Shown: in pieces, positions 1-10,603 of the stretch
Layout: each line of letters opens with the position of its first letter
Numbering within the stretch: the first letter of the stretch is position 1
Origin: an uncultured Candidatus Actinomarina sp.
GTDB lineage: Bacteria > Actinomycetota > Acidimicrobiia > Actinomarinales > Actinomarinaceae
DNA: 54,919 nucleotides
Direction of reading: 5' to 3'
NCBI GenBank assembly: GCA_902597375.1
Contig: CACJXH010000002.1
Span: 1 to 54,919, forward strand
The notes under the pieces: generated by a model
The model's database searches: none
Told to the model about the DNA's origin: nothing
What the model saw: only the letters and a program-made list of their open reading frames with translations
Translations under genes and position numbers: made by a program

Positions 1-1016
1 CAAGATATCCTGACAATAATAAATTTCCTTTCATCGATATCGATGATTCAGCAATTAATGGTGGTTTCTCAACAATCCTCGCAATGCCAAATTCTGAAAT
101 ACCTATTGACTCAATCAAAAACCTAAGAATTGCAGAGGAAATAGACAAAAAATTAAAAACAAAGGTACACCGTGTTGGCTCATTGACCATAAATTTAGAA
201 GGAAAAGAACTTGTTAATTATAAAGAATTCGTTGAAAACGGTATCACAATTTTTTCAGATGATGGAAAATCTTTAATTGATGATCATTTAGCTGATGAGG
301 CATTTAAACAAATTAGTAAACTTGGTGGTGCAGTCTTTCAACATTGTGAAAAAAGTTGTCACTCCAAGCCTGGTGATATTGCTCCGCCAAATAATGATAG
401 TGACTTGATTCCAATAAATAATGATGAGGAGTTGGAAGTTCTTGAAAGAGACTTAAGTTTATCTGAAAAATACGGGACAAGATACCATGCTCAGCACCTT
501 TCAACTTTTGAAAGTGTTCAGCTGATAAAAAAAGCAAAACAAGAGGGTCTTCCTGTCACTGCGGAAGTAACACCACATCATATACTTCTAAATAATGAAA
601 ATTTAGACACAAATAATGGACTATTTAAGATGTACCCACCCCTCAGAACTGAAAAGGACAGAGAGGGATTGGTTGATGGCTTACAGTCTGAAATTATAGA
701 TGTCATTGCTACAGATCACGCACCTCATAAAGCAGAAACTAAAAATGTCCCTTTTAAGGATGCTAATCGTGGCGTTGTTGGTCTTGAATCAGCTTTTCCC
801 TTGATATATAGTTCAAATATTTTTGATATAGATCAAATGTTGAAATTTTTAGTCGTAAATCCTACAAAAATACTCAATGAACTTGGTTACGAAATTCCCA
901 AGACGGTAAATAAATGGAAGAAATCAAAGTCAGTTTTTATTACAAAATCAAAATTCAAAAATTCATTATTTGAAAATGAAAATATAGAAATTGAAAGGGT
1001 TCTTTCAGATGTATAA
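1..1016 (+). CDS. pyrC: dihydroorotase, 5'-truncated by the window edge (frame opens at nt 3)
   Basis: The frame is open from nt 3 (RYPDNNKFPFIDIDDSAINGGFSTILAMPNS). This matches the DHOase AA.GGFTT..AMPNT block. Later motifs HAQHLST, TAEVTPHHILL and ATDHAPH (catalytic Asp) are present. It lies directly upstream of carA. Confidence 0.85.
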   Translation, partial: RYPDNNKFPFIDIDDSAINGGFSTILAMPNSEIPIDSIKNLRIAEEIDKKLKTKVHRVGSLTINLEGKELVNYKEFVENGITIFSDDGKSLIDDHLADEAFKQISKLGGAVFQHCEKSCHSKPGDIAPPNNDSDLIPINNDEELEVLERDLSLSEKYGTRYHAQHLSTFESVQLIKKAKQEGLPVTAEVTPHHILLNNENLDTNNGLFKMYPPLRTEKDREGLVDGLQSEIIDVIATDHAPHKAETKNVPFKDANRGVVGLESAFPLIYSSNIFDIDQMLKFLVVNPTKILNELGYEIPKTVNKWKKSKSVFITKSKFKNSLFENENIEIERVLSDV

Positions 1017-2109
1017 AAAAGCAATTCTTCTCAATCAAAATGGTGATGAATTTCAAGGTTGGACAACTGAAATATTTGAGCCAACAACTGGAGAACTTAT
1101 TTTCAATACAGCGATGACTGGGTTTGTCGAAATATTAAGTGATCCATCATATATAAATCAGATTGTAACTTTTACTTCCTCACATATAGGAAATTACGGT
1201 ATGTCAAAAAATGATTTTGAATCCAATAAACCAAAAATTGAAGCAGCAATTGGAAATTCTTTTACAAACACTCCATCTTCATGGAGATCTGAGAAATCAA
1301 TAACGTCATGGTTGAAAGAATATGAGATTCCATACAGTGGTGGATTTGATGTAAGAAATATAACAAAATATCTAAGAGACAACGGTTCGAGTATGTTTGC
1401 ACTTGGTATAGATGTCGATACAAGAGATTTAAAGGAAATTTTATCAAAAGCAAAAAATATTCTTGGTGACAGTTCAGCAATGACTGCAGGAAACCAGAAT
1501 AATGAAAACACTCCAACTGAAGGAAAGATTGGAATTATAGATCTTGGAGCTAAAAGAAGCATTATAAAAGTGCTTGAAGACCATGATTACAAAGTTGTAA
1601 TGATCTCCCCCTCTACGACATCAAATGAGATTTTAAAAATGAATTTAAAAGGTCTTTTAATTTCGAACGGACCAGGTGACCCAAGATCATTGCTTACAGT
1701 AATAGATACCGTTCAAAACCTTATAGGAAAACTTCCAATATTTGGAATTTGTCTTGGTCATCAAATACTTGCTTTGGCTTGTGGTCTTAAAGTTAAAAAA
1801 ATGCAATTTGGTCATCATGGTTCAAATCACCCAGTTGAAATAGAAGGAATAAAAAAAGCACTAATAACCGCACAGAACCATGGTTTTTCTATTGAGGAGT
1901 TTGAAGATGGGTTTGAGCATGAAAATTTTGGAAACATTAGTGTCTTTGCAAGGAATTTAAATGATGGAACAAATGAAGGAATTAGTCTTTGGGATTCCAT
2001 GGCATACTCAGTTCAATTTCATCCAGAATCAGGACCTGGTACAACTGATGGATTACAAATTTTTAATCCTTTTTTTGAAATGATTGAGAATAACTATGCC
2101 AAAAAATAA
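1009..2109 (+). CDS. carA: carbamoyl-phosphate synthase small (glutaminase) subunit
   Basis: Class I GATase motifs [15 protein letters not shown] and VQFHPES. I chose ATG 1009 (MYKKAILL) with AAAGGG upstream, overlapping the pyrC stop by 8 nt. The ORF-track start at 991 is a TTG. Confidence 0.9.
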   Translation: MYKKAILLNQNGDEFQGWTTEIFEPTTGELIFNTAMTGFVEILSDPSYINQIVTFTSSHIGNYGMSKNDFESNKPKIEAAIGNSFTNTPSSWRSEKSITSWLKEYEIPYSGGFDVRNITKYLRDNGSSMFALGIDVDTRDLKEILSKAKNILGDSSAMTAGNQNNENTPTEGKIGIIDLGAKRSIIKVLEDHDYKVVMISPSTTSNEILKMNLKGLLISNGPGDPRSLLTVIDTVQNLIGKLPIFGICLGHQILALACGLKVKKMQFGHHGSNHPVEIEGIKKALITAQNHGFSIEEFEDGFEHENFGNISVFARNLNDGTNEGISLWDSMAYSVQFHPESGPGTTDGLQIFNPFFEMIENNYAKK

Positions 2110-5100
2110 AGAAATTAAGAGTATTTTGATAATTGGTTCGGGACCAATTGTTATAGGTCAAGCTTGCGAGTTTGATTATTCAGGATCTCAAGCAGCTAAA
2201 GCACTTAAAAAAGAAGGATTTCGTGTAATTCTAGTTAATTCAAATCCAGCAACTATTATGACAGATCCAGAAATGGCACATGCCACATACATCGAGCCTT
2301 TAACTCACGACTACCTAAAAAAAATAATCGAAATAGAAAAGCCTGATGCTGTTTTACCAACATTAGGAGGACAAACTGCACTTAATTTATCGATTGAATT
2401 AGAAAAAAGTGGTGTTTTAAAAGAAAATAATGTGGAACTTCTTGGAGCCTCGGCCAATGCTATTGAGATTGCAGAAAACAGATGGAAATTTAAAGAAGCT
2501 ATGGATGGAGTTGGTATTAAAACACTTAAGGCAACTTATGCTAAGTCTTTTGATGAGGGAATAAGCGCTAGTAAAGAAATTGGTTTTCCATTGATGCTAA
2601 GACCATCATTTATTCTTGGTGGTGGTGGAACAAGTGTAGTGAATAATGAAGAAGACTTTAAATCAAAATTATCTGACGCGTTTAATGCTTCTCCTACTCA
2701 GGAAGTCTTAATTGAAGAATCAATATATGGATGGAAAGAATTCGAACTTGAAGTAATGAGAGATAGTGATGGTAATGGTGTAATTGTTTGCGGAATAGAA
2801 AATTTTGATCCCATGGGTGTCCATACTGGAGACTCAATAACAGTTGCTCCTATTCAAACATTATCTGATAAAGAATATCAAACTATGAGGGATGAGGCAC
2901 TACTTTGTTTGGACACTATTGGAATAGCAACTGGTGGTAGCAATGTTCAATTTGCTATAAACCCTGAAAATGGTGATAGAAGAATAATTGAGATGAATCC
3001 TAGGGTCTCAAGGTCGTCTGCTCTAGCTTCAAAAGCAACTGGATTTCCTATTGCCAAGTTTGCTGCCCTGTTGGCAGTAGGTTACAACTTAACTGAACTT
3101 GAAAATGACATAACTGGAACAACACCGGCTAGTTTTGAACCCGTCCAAGATTATGTTGTGGTTAAAATTCCTAGATTTGATTTTCCAAAATTTCCATCAA
3201 CAGATGACATATTAGGCACATCAATGCAAAGTGTGGGTGAAGTTATGTCAATAGCTTCTACTTTTACAGAAAGCTTAACTAAAGCCATTAGGTCACTCGA
3301 AATTGGTAAATCAGGAATAAGAAATATAGACAATAGGTTTATAGGAATGCCAAAAGAAATTCTACAAGATGAAATCAGAACACCTAGACCTAGAAGAATA
3401 TTTGCGATCCTTGAGGCGATTAGAAGAAACTGGCCACTTGAAGACATAGCAAAAATATCCTCTGTAGATATATGGTTTTTACAAGAAATTGAAAAAAGTT
3501 TTAATGTTAACCCTGAAAATACTCCATCCTCTGTTCTGAAAATGCTTGGATGGACGGAAGAAGATCTTGATAATAAAGAGTCTAAAAATGAATTAGAAAA
3601 TAATAGAGTTTATAAGTTAGTTGATACATGTTCTGCAGAGTTCGAGTCCAAAACACCTTACTTATATTCAACAAATGGTGTAAGTAACGACGATACAACA
3701 ACTGACAAGAAGAAGGTTGTAGTTATTGGATCGGGTCCAAATAGAATTGGCCAAGGAATTGAGTTTGATTATTGCTGTGTTCATGGAATCAGTTCATTAA
3801 AAGAAAATGGATTTGAAGCAATAATGATAAACTCAAATCCGGAAACGGTTTCAACAGATTACGATACTGCAGATAAACTATATTTTGAGCCTCTTACATG
3901 GAGAGAAGTAAAATCTGTACTAAATAGAGAAAAGCCTGATTCGGTAATAATTCAACTTGGAGGTCAAACTCCATTAAAACTTGCAAAAAATATATCCAAA
4001 GAAGGTTTTAATATTGCTGGATCATCATTAGATGTAATTGACAAAACAGAAGATAGAGATCTATTTCAAAAACTATGTTTAGATCAGAATATTCGACAAC
4101 CAGAGTCTAAAATCGCAAAAAATGAGAATGAGTTAGTTGAAGCTGTAAAAGAAATAGGTTTTCCAGTCTTGTTACGGCCAAGTTATGTATTAGGTGGAAG
4201 AGCCATGAGAGTTGTTCAAAGTGATGAAGAACTTGAAAATTATTTGGATATATTAGCGAGTGAAGATGAAGATGGTAATCCATTTAAATCTGGTCCCCTT
4301 TTGGTTGATCAGTTTTTAACGGAAACTATTGAAATTGATGTTGACTTAATTTCTGATGGAAAAGAGGTTTATATAGCTGGAATTTTAGAACATCTTGAGC
4401 CTGCTGGAGTACATAGTGGTGATTCTACAGCTGTGATTCCTCCTTATAGTGTTGGTGAGGAAATGTTGAAAGAAATAGAGGAAAAAAGTAAAAAGCTTGC
4501 TTTAGGTCTAAATGTAAAGGGACTTCTAAATATACAATTTGCCATTAAAGATGAAGAATTATTCATATTAGAAGCGAACCCTAGAGCATCAAGAACAATG
4601 CCATTCGTTGCAAAAGTAACCGGCAATCAAATTATTAAAGCTGGAACATTATTAATGCTTGGTTATTCAATTGACGAAGTTAGAAATAAGACTAAATACT
4701 TGAGTAGCTCATCAAATAAAGTTGCAATTAAAAAGGCTATATTTCCATGGTCTAGATTTCCAGCTGAAGACACTATGTTAGGACCGGAAATGAAAGCAAC
4801 TGGTGAAGTATTAGGAGTTGGAAAAGAGTTTGGTACTGCATTAAATAAAGCATATGCAGCTGCAGGTGTAGAAATTAATAATAAAGAGAAAGGAATATTT
4901 GTAACTTTAAGTGACAGCGAAAAGCCAAATTTTATTCAAACAGTAAATAAATATCTTGAACTTGGCTTTACACTTTACTCAACTGAAGGAACAGGAAAAT
5001 TTCTTAAAAATAATGGTATTGATTCAGTAACAGTAGGTAAAGCTGATGACTTAGGACAAACTTCGTTAACAATAATTGAAGATAAATTAGTTTCTTTAGT

Positions 5101-5278
5101 AATCAATACACCAACATATGCAAATGAATTGTCAGATGGTTGGAAAATTAGACGTTTATCACATGAAACTGGAGTGGCGGTTGTTTCATCTGTAAGAGAA
5201 GCTGATGCATTTATTGAAGCATTTTTAAATCAGAACTTAGTGTTAGATGATCTGGAGGTTATACAAGATGTCAGTTAA
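2096..5278 (+). CDS. carB: carbamoyl-phosphate synthase large subunit
   Basis: About 1060 aa. Duplicated ATP-grasp halves ([19 protein letters not shown] and [18 protein letters not shown]; [11 protein letters not shown] and EANPRASRT). MGS-like C-terminus. ATG 2096 overlaps the carA end. Confidence 0.95.
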   Translation: MPKNKEIKSILIIGSGPIVIGQACEFDYSGSQAAKALKKEGFRVILVNSNPATIMTDPEMAHATYIEPLTHDYLKKIIEIEKPDAVLPTLGGQTALNLSIELEKSGVLKENNVELLGASANAIEIAENRWKFKEAMDGVGIKTLKATYAKSFDEGISASKEIGFPLMLRPSFILGGGGTSVVNNEEDFKSKLSDAFNASPTQEVLIEESIYGWKEFELEVMRDSDGNGVIVCGIENFDPMGVHTGDSITVAPIQTLSDKEYQTMRDEALLCLDTIGIATGGSNVQFAINPENGDRRIIEMNPRVSRSSALASKATGFPIAKFAALLAVGYNLTELENDITGTTPASFEPVQDYVVVKIPRFDFPKFPSTDDILGTSMQSVGEVMSIASTFTESLTKAIRSLEIGKSGIRNIDNRFIGMPKEILQDEIRTPRPRRIFAILEAIRRNWPLEDIAKISSVDIWFLQEIEKSFNVNPENTPSSVLKMLGWTEEDLDNKESKNELENNRVYKLVDTCSAEFESKTPYLYSTNGVSNDDTTTDKKKVVVIGSGPNRIGQGIEFDYCCVHGISSLKENGFEAIMINSNPETVSTDYDTADKLYFEPLTWREVKSVLNREKPDSVIIQLGGQTPLKLAKNISKEGFNIAGSSLDVIDKTEDRDLFQKLCLDQNIRQPESKIAKNENELVEAVKEIGFPVLLRPSYVLGGRAMRVVQSDEELENYLDILASEDEDGNPFKSGPLLVDQFLTETIEIDVDLISDGKEVYIAGILEHLEPAGVHSGDSTAVIPPYSVGEEMLKEIEEKSKKLALGLNVKGLLNIQFAIKDEELFILEANPRASRTMPFVAKVTGNQIIKAGTLLMLGYSIDEVRNKTKYLSSSSNKVAIKKAIFPWSRFPAEDTMLGPEMKATGEVLGVGKEFGTALNKAYAAAGVEINNKEKGIFVTLSDSEKPNFIQTVNKYLELGFTLYSTEGTGKFLKNNGIDSVTVGKADDLGQTSLTIIEDKLVSLVINTPTYANELSDGWKIRRLSHETGVAVVSSVREADAFIEAFLNQNLVLDDLEVIQDVS

Positions 5279-5906
5279 ACCAATTTTCTTTGCACTCGAT
5301 GGTAAGTCCCTAAAAGAATTTCAAGAACAATTAGATGTCTTAAAGGATCATATTTATGGGGTAAAAGTTGGATTAGAACTTTTTACTTCCGAAGGCCCAT
5401 CATGTGTTGAACAACTTAAGAATGATGGGTGGGTTGTTTTCTTAGATTTAAAACTACATGACATCCCAAACACTGTAGGTGAAGCTGCCGCTTCAGTTTC
5501 AAATATTGGGGCAGACTATTTAACTTTACATATATCATCTGGGAAAGAAGCATTATCAGAAGCTGTGGATAAAAAAAGTAAAGATTTAAATCTTCTTGGA
5601 GTCAGTAGTGCTTTAACAAGTAAATCAGTTGATTCAAATACAAGCAAGATTGTTAAAGATGAGTTTCAAATAGCTAAAGACTCAAATTTAGAAGGTGTTA
5701 TTTGCCCAGCATCTGAAATTGCTAATACAACAAATTTATTTGATCTAATTGTTACACCAGGCATTAGATTAGAAAATGATTTACATGGAGATCAAAAAAA
5801 CATAACTACTCCTAAAAAGGCTATCGAGCTTGGAGCAAAATATATTGTTATGGGACGATCAATTAAAAATAATCCTTCAATGGTAATAAATGAATTAGAA
5901 GTATGA
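5268..5906 (+). CDS. pyrF: orotidine-5'-phosphate decarboxylase
   Basis: FFALDGKS and [13 protein letters not shown] (D-x-K-x-x-D) motifs. GGAGG lies 9 nt upstream of ATG 5268. Overlaps the carB stop by 11 nt. Confidence 0.9.
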   Translation: MSVKPIFFALDGKSLKEFQEQLDVLKDHIYGVKVGLELFTSEGPSCVEQLKNDGWVVFLDLKLHDIPNTVGEAAASVSNIGADYLTLHISSGKEALSEAVDKKSKDLNLLGVSSALTSKSVDSNTSKIVKDEFQIAKDSNLEGVICPASEIANTTNLFDLIVTPGIRLENDLHGDQKNITTPKKAIELGAKYIVMGRSIKNNPSMVINELEV

Positions 5907-6580
5907 ATAAATTTATTGCAGCACCCTTTGGAAACTACATAAAGACTAAAAACACTATTTCAGTATCTGGTAGTTGGACCGTTGAAAAAAGAACAGGTCG
6001 AATTGTTCAAATAGTTAAAACTTTACGATATACAAAGCGTGGATGGGTTAACAAAATTGGTTTAAGAAATCCTGGTTTAACAATTGGGCTTCCTAAACAT
6101 AAGACTGATGAAGTCTTTTCAATTGCAGGAATAGAAAAAAATGACTGGAGATTATTTGCGGAAAAAATACCAAATGATTTCAATATTGAAGTCAATATGT
6201 CATGTCCAAATATAGAGGCACATTACATTGACGGAATTGAAGATTTTGAGCCAGATACAAGAAACTGGTACATAGGGAAAATTTCACCAATTACTACTTT
6301 TCAGGAATTAGATGAGTACATCAACAAATTTAGATTTAAACAGATTCATGCATGCAATACATTGCCAATAGATAAAGGAGGACTAAGTGGTAAAGAGTTG
6401 ATTCCATATACTTCAAAGTTTGTTAAACACATTAAAGATTCTTATCCTGATATTGAAGTTATTGCAGGTGGAGGTATTGATTCTCTAAAAGACATAGAAT
6501 ACTATAAAAATATTGGTGCCGATCATATTAGTTTGGGTACTGTTTGTTTCAATCCACTAAAATTAAGAAAGTTAATATGA
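5903..6580 (+). CDS. miniature class-1-like dihydroorotate dehydrogenase-family flavoprotein (225 aa)
   Basis: DHOD-like blocks NKIGLRNPG, VFSIAG, EVNMSCPN (class 1 catalytic Cys context), GGLSG, VIAGGGI and ISLGTV. ATGA overlap with pyrF. It is about 80-90 aa shorter than typical DHODs. Confidence 0.6.
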   Translation: MNKFIAAPFGNYIKTKNTISVSGSWTVEKRTGRIVQIVKTLRYTKRGWVNKIGLRNPGLTIGLPKHKTDEVFSIAGIEKNDWRLFAEKIPNDFNIEVNMSCPNIEAHYIDGIEDFEPDTRNWYIGKISPITTFQELDEYINKFRFKQIHACNTLPIDKGGLSGKELIPYTSKFVKHIKDSYPDIEVIAGGGIDSLKDIEYYKNIGADHISLGTVCFNPLKLRKLI

Positions 6581-6933
6581 ATTTATTTATTAGAGAAGAT
6601 TTCATCTCCCATGCTGGCTTACCACTCACATGGAAAGTGGAATGTGATGCACTAGATGAAAATGACTACGAGGCATTGGCAAAAATAGTAAGTGAGAAAA
6701 TGACTTTTAGAGATGTCAAAGGTATTCCACGTGGTGGCATACCGTTTGAAAAAGCGTTAAAACCTTACTGTTCAAATAATGATAAAGATCCATTACTAAT
6801 TTGTGATGACGTTTATACAACTGGTACTTCTATGAGAGAAGTCTATGAAGATGGAGCATTAGGAATTGTTGTATTTGCTAGAAATGAAATTCAAGATGAC
6901 TGGGTAAAAGCTATTTGGCAGTTATCAATATAA
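6577..6933 (+). CDS. minimal type I phosphoribosyltransferase-fold protein (118 aa), OPRT-like
   Basis: PRPP-binding motif PLLICDDVYTTGTSM. GIPRGGIPFEKAL resembles the OPRT GIP block. There is no equivalent of the OPRT flexible catalytic loop. ATGA overlap with the preceding gene. Confidence 0.6.
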   Translation: MNLFIREDFISHAGLPLTWKVECDALDENDYEALAKIVSEKMTFRDVKGIPRGGIPFEKALKPYCSNNDKDPLLICDDVYTTGTSMREVYEDGALGIVVFARNEIQDDWVKAIWQLSI

Positions 6934-6935
6934 AG

Positions 6936-7796
6936 ATGATAGAAAATAAGTATGCCTCAGCTTTAGATGGTCTTGAAATAGAAGATCCAGTAAAAAGCTT
7001 TTTTGATTTCTGTAAAGAACGAGAAAATATAAGAATTTCAAGAGAAAATGGTGAAGATTTTCCATGGAGTGCAGATGAAATTTTCAAAAATGGAAGGTTC
7101 CTGAATGTCTTTAGAGAAGATGATCGAGTTAGTAAATCAATTATTAAATTTGCGAGTAATTTAAATGAAGAGCCATCAAAACTAATTAACGCTGTATTTT
7201 TTGCAAGGTGGTGCAATAGGCAAGAAGTTTTAGATACTTTAACGCCCGATGATTTAAATAATCCTGAAAACTTAAAAAATAAATTAGAAAGTATTGACCC
7301 ATGGTGTAATGAAACTGCATATCCAGTTGAACCAGTTACATGGAGAGGTAAACAATACTCAAGAATTGATGCTGCAACTAAATTATTTTATGAGGTGCAA
7401 GATTCTTTATTAAATATTCTTGAAGCATCAAACAAGAGTGTGATTACCGCAACCAACAACATAAATAAAAAATTTCAAATGCAAAATGATTTTCCAATTT
7501 TCATGGCAGTTATTGATATTGCTTGGTTTAGACCCGATATTATTCCAATTGAAAGTGAGGTTCCTACAGGAATAGGTGCTGTTGCTTATCTGGATAGATT
7601 ACAAAATCATCTTGGTTTAAGTTCCCACCAAGAAGTTGGTGAAAAAATGATTGAACTACAAAAAACATACTGGCCTGAAGCAAAACGTGGTTTTAATCCA
7701 ATAGATATAGAATATTTAGCTTGTGAATGTAGAAAATACTATAGCTATATAAATGGGACGAAGGTTTTTGAAGGTAAAAACAAATTTATACCTTAA
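6936..7796 (+). CDS. uncharacterised protein resembling the aGPT-Pplase (alpha-glutamyl/putrescinyl thymine pyrophosphorylase, DNA base hypermodification) family
   Basis: N-terminal block RENIRISRENGEDFPWSADEIFKNGRFLNVFREDDRVSK, then FPIFMAVIDIAWF, PTGIGAVAYL and IEYLACECRKYY. These match my recollection of the family hallmarks. ATG 6936 lies 2 nt after the previous stop (the track start 6915 is TTG). Not verified by any search. Confidence 0.45.
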   Translation: MIENKYASALDGLEIEDPVKSFFDFCKERENIRISRENGEDFPWSADEIFKNGRFLNVFREDDRVSKSIIKFASNLNEEPSKLINAVFFARWCNRQEVLDTLTPDDLNNPENLKNKLESIDPWCNETAYPVEPVTWRGKQYSRIDAATKLFYEVQDSLLNILEASNKSVITATNNINKKFQMQNDFPIFMAVIDIAWFRPDIIPIESEVPTGIGAVAYLDRLQNHLGLSSHQEVGEKMIELQKTYWPEAKRGFNPIDIEYLACECRKYYSYINGTKVFEGKNKFIP

Positions 7797-8228
7797 TTAG
7801 CTAAGTTTATTAATTCTATTTATGTATCTTTCCTCACTTAAAAAAGAGGAATTTAAAAATGACTCAGTTATTTCTTTTGCGGCCTCAATATCTAGATTTT
7901 CCGAGCCGAGACATAGAACATTTACATCATTATGTTCAACAGATTGAATAGCGGTTTTTACATTAGTGACATTAGAAGCTCTTATACCTTTTACTTTATT
8001 TGCTGCAATAGACATCCCAACACCTGTCCCACAGATTAAAACTCCCTTTGTATCCTCATTATCCAAAACAAAATCAGTTACTTTCGTTGCATAATCTGGA
8101 AAATCACAAGGTTCAAAACTATCAGTTCCTAAGTCCTCAATTTCAAGATCAGAAGATAAAGATTCTATTAATAATTGTTTTAATTCAAAACCTGCATGAT
8201 CAGAGGCAATAGCGATTTTATTTACCAC
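7797..8228 (-). CDS. rpiB: ribose-5-phosphate isomerase B
   Basis: KIAIASDHAGFELK and LICGTGVGMSIAANK (RpiB/LacAB family). GTG start overlaps the fumC stop by 1 nt. Confidence 0.85.
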   Translation of the reverse strand: MVNKIAIASDHAGFELKQLLIESLSSDLEIEDLGTDSFEPCDFPDYATKVTDFVLDNEDTKGVLICGTGVGMSIAANKVKGIRASNVTNVKTAIQSVEHNDVNVLCLGSENLDIEAAKEITESFLNSSFLSEERYINRINKLS

Positions 8229-9598
8229 TAGATAAGCTTCTCTATATCCAAAAGATCATCAATATCACCCTCTGACATTAATTCCTTACCAAGCAATACA
8301 TCTTTTATTGTTAATCCATTTTCCATAGCTTCTTTAGCTACTTCAGCAGCAACGTCATACCCAAGCTTTGGCACAAGTGCTGTAACTAGGATTGAGTTTT
8401 TTTGAGTATCTTCATTTAGCTTTTGAGTATTTGCTTCTAAGTCTTTAATTAGTTTTTCCCCAAACACACTCACTCCAGTAGTGAGTAAAGCAATGCTTTC
8501 AAGTAGATTGTGAGCCATTACAGGAAGCATTGTGTTGAGCTCAAAATTTCCATTCGCTGATGAAAATGTAATAGTTGTATCGTTTCCAATAACTTGAGCT
8601 GATACCTGCATCATCATTTCAGGTATTACAGGATTTACTTTTCCTGGCATTATTGATGATCCTGGTTGCAAAGCAGGGATCTTCAAATCTCCTAATCCAG
8701 ACACTGGTCCACTACCCATCCATCTAATATCATTTGCAATTTTAAAGAGCGATACTGCAAGTGCCTTCAAAGCACTTGATAAATGAACCACTTCTTCTCT
8801 TGATCCTTGTCTTGTGAAATGATTTTCAACTTCTTTAAAAGGTATACCAATTGATGACTGAAGTTCGCTTGCAACATCAGCCCCAAAATTATTAGGAGCA
8901 TTTATTCCAGTACCAACAGCGGTCCCCCCAATTGCTAATTTCTGAACATTATCTAAAGAGGCTTTAATGTCCCCCATTCTCTCATTTACTAAATCAGCAT
9001 ATCCAGAAAATTCTTGGCCTAAACTAACAGGTGTAGCATCCATTAGATGAGTTCTTCCATTTTTATAGACTTTCTCCCACTGTTTTGCCTTTTCATTAAG
9101 TAATGAAATAAGATTATCTAATTCAGGGATGAGCCCTTCAGTAACATCTATTACAGCAGCAACATTTGTAGCTGTTGGAATAACATCATTTGATGATTGA
9201 CTCATATTTACATGGTCGTTTGGATGTATTGATTCACCAGTTTTATCAGATGCTATTTTTGCAATGATTTCATTTGCATTCATATTTGTAGAAGTGCCTG
9301 ATCCTGTTTGGAAAATATCAACTGCAAAATCTTTGTCATGATTACCTGAAATTACTTCTTCAGCACCATCAATAATTGCAGTTGATATTTTTTTATCTAA
9401 TAATTTATTATTTTGATTTACTACAGCACAAGCTTTTTTAATTTCACCAAGTGCTCTTATAAATGATCGAGAGAACTTAAGTTCTGAAATTGGAAAATTC
9501 TCAATTGCTCTGGCAGTTGAAGCACCATACATAGCATCAATAGGTACTTCAAATTCACCCATTGAGTCTTTTTCTATTCTTGTTTGTTTTTTATTCAA
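8228..9598 (-). CDS. fumC: class II fumarate hydratase
   Basis: EKDSMGEFEVP, FQTGSGTSTNMNANE, SQSSNDVIPTA and GSSIMPGKVNP. The QTGSGT and SQSSND variants fit FumC rather than AspA. Confidence 0.8.
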   Translation of the reverse strand: MNKKQTRIEKDSMGEFEVPIDAMYGASTARAIENFPISELKFSRSFIRALGEIKKACAVVNQNNKLLDKKISTAIIDGAEEVISGNHDKDFAVDIFQTGSGTSTNMNANEIIAKIASDKTGESIHPNDHVNMSQSSNDVIPTATNVAAVIDVTEGLIPELDNLISLLNEKAKQWEKVYKNGRTHLMDATPVSLGQEFSGYADLVNERMGDIKASLDNVQKLAIGGTAVGTGINAPNNFGADVASELQSSIGIPFKEVENHFTRQGSREEVVHLSSALKALAVSLFKIANDIRWMGSGPVSGLGDLKIPALQPGSSIMPGKVNPVIPEMMMQVSAQVIGNDTTITFSSANGNFELNTMLPVMAHNLLESIALLTTGVSVFGEKLIKDLEANTQKLNEDTQKNSILVTALVPKLGYDVAAEVAKEAMENGLTIKDVLLGKELMSEGDIDDLLDIEKLI

Positions 9599-10296
9599 TT
9601 TTCTTCCTGATATTGAGTGTATCCACCAGAATCGACTTCTTCAATCAATTCATTTGAACCTGATTTAACGATTTTACCGTTAACAACAATGTGGACTTTA
9701 TCAACATCAAGATATTTCAGTATTCTGCTGTAGTGAGTAACTAATATATAAGATGTTTTTTCATCTCTATTTTCGTTAATCAAAGATGCAACAGATTTAA
9801 TTGCATCAATATCTAAACCTGAGTCTATTTCATCAAGAAGGGCTAAAGATGGCTTCATCAATGATAATTGAAATAATTCTGATCTTTTTTTCTCCCCACC
9901 AGATAGATCAACGTTTACATCCCGATCTAAGAATTCTTCTAAGTTAAATCTTTTAGATGTTTCAATTAACTCATCTTCATTTACATTTTCTAGGAACGAT
10001 TCTGTAAATTCTTTTAACGTAACACCTGGTAAACCTACGGGATATTGAAATGATTGAAAAATTCCTTTTTCTGCTCTTTCAAACTGTGGAATTGATAATA
10101 CGTCATCTCCATTAAGTGTCACCTCACCTTCTTTTTCATAATCGGTATTACCCATAAGCACATGACAAAGAGTTGACTTTCCTGAGCCATTTGGCCCCAT
10201 GACTGCATGGAGTTCTCCACTGCTTATCTCTAAATCAATCCCCTTTAGAATTTCAACATCACCAATTGAGGCTTTTAGGTTTTCTATTTTAAGCAT
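9595..10296 (-). CDS. sufC: Fe-S cluster assembly ATPase SufC
   Basis: GPNGSGKSTL, LSGGEKKRSE, LLDEIDSGLD and VTHY. Lies within the suf operon. Confidence 0.9.
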   Translation of the reverse strand: MLKIENLKASIGDVEILKGIDLEISSGELHAVMGPNGSGKSTLCHVLMGNTDYEKEGEVTLNGDDVLSIPQFERAEKGIFQSFQYPVGLPGVTLKEFTESFLENVNEDELIETSKRFNLEEFLDRDVNVDLSGGEKKRSELFQLSLMKPSLALLDEIDSGLDIDAIKSVASLINENRDEKTSYILVTHYSRILKYLDVDKVHIVVNGKIVKSGSNELIEEVDSGGYTQYQEEN

Positions 10297-10603
10297 TGTC
10301 TTCCATTTCTAAATAAATAACTTCATCTTCGACAGTAATTTCATAAGTAGCAACTGGTTTAGTTGCAGGTAAAGTTACAGCCTCTCCTGTTTTTAAATCA
10401 AATTCTGCACCATGCAATGGACATTCAATTTTACAATCAAATACTTCTCCTTCAGCAAGTGATGCTTCTGCATGAGAACACATATCGTCTATGGCAAAGT
10501 ATTCACCTTCAACATTAAAAATTGCTATGTCTTTATCATCAATATTTACAACTTTTACAGAATTTTCATTTACCTCTGATGTGTTTATGGTCTTAACTTT
10601 CAT
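10289..10603 (-). CDS. Rieske [2Fe-2S] ferredoxin-like protein embedded in the suf operon
   Basis: CSH...CPLH ligand pattern (MCSHAEASL ... CPLHGAEFD). 104 aa. Confidence 0.8.
   Translation of the reverse strand: MKVKTINTSEVNENSVKVVNIDDKDIAIFNVEGEYFAIDDMCSHAEASLAEGEVFDCKIECPLHGAEFDLKTGEAVTLPATKPVATYEITVEDEVIYLEMEDNA

Noticed and set aside
8228-9598. Aspartate ammonia-lyase (aspA) instead of fumC
   Set aside because: The N-terminal YGASTARAIENFPIS looks AspA-like. However, the diagnostic blocks QTGSGT..NMN and SQSSNDV.PTA match FumC (AspA has QGGAGTS and CQSTNDA).
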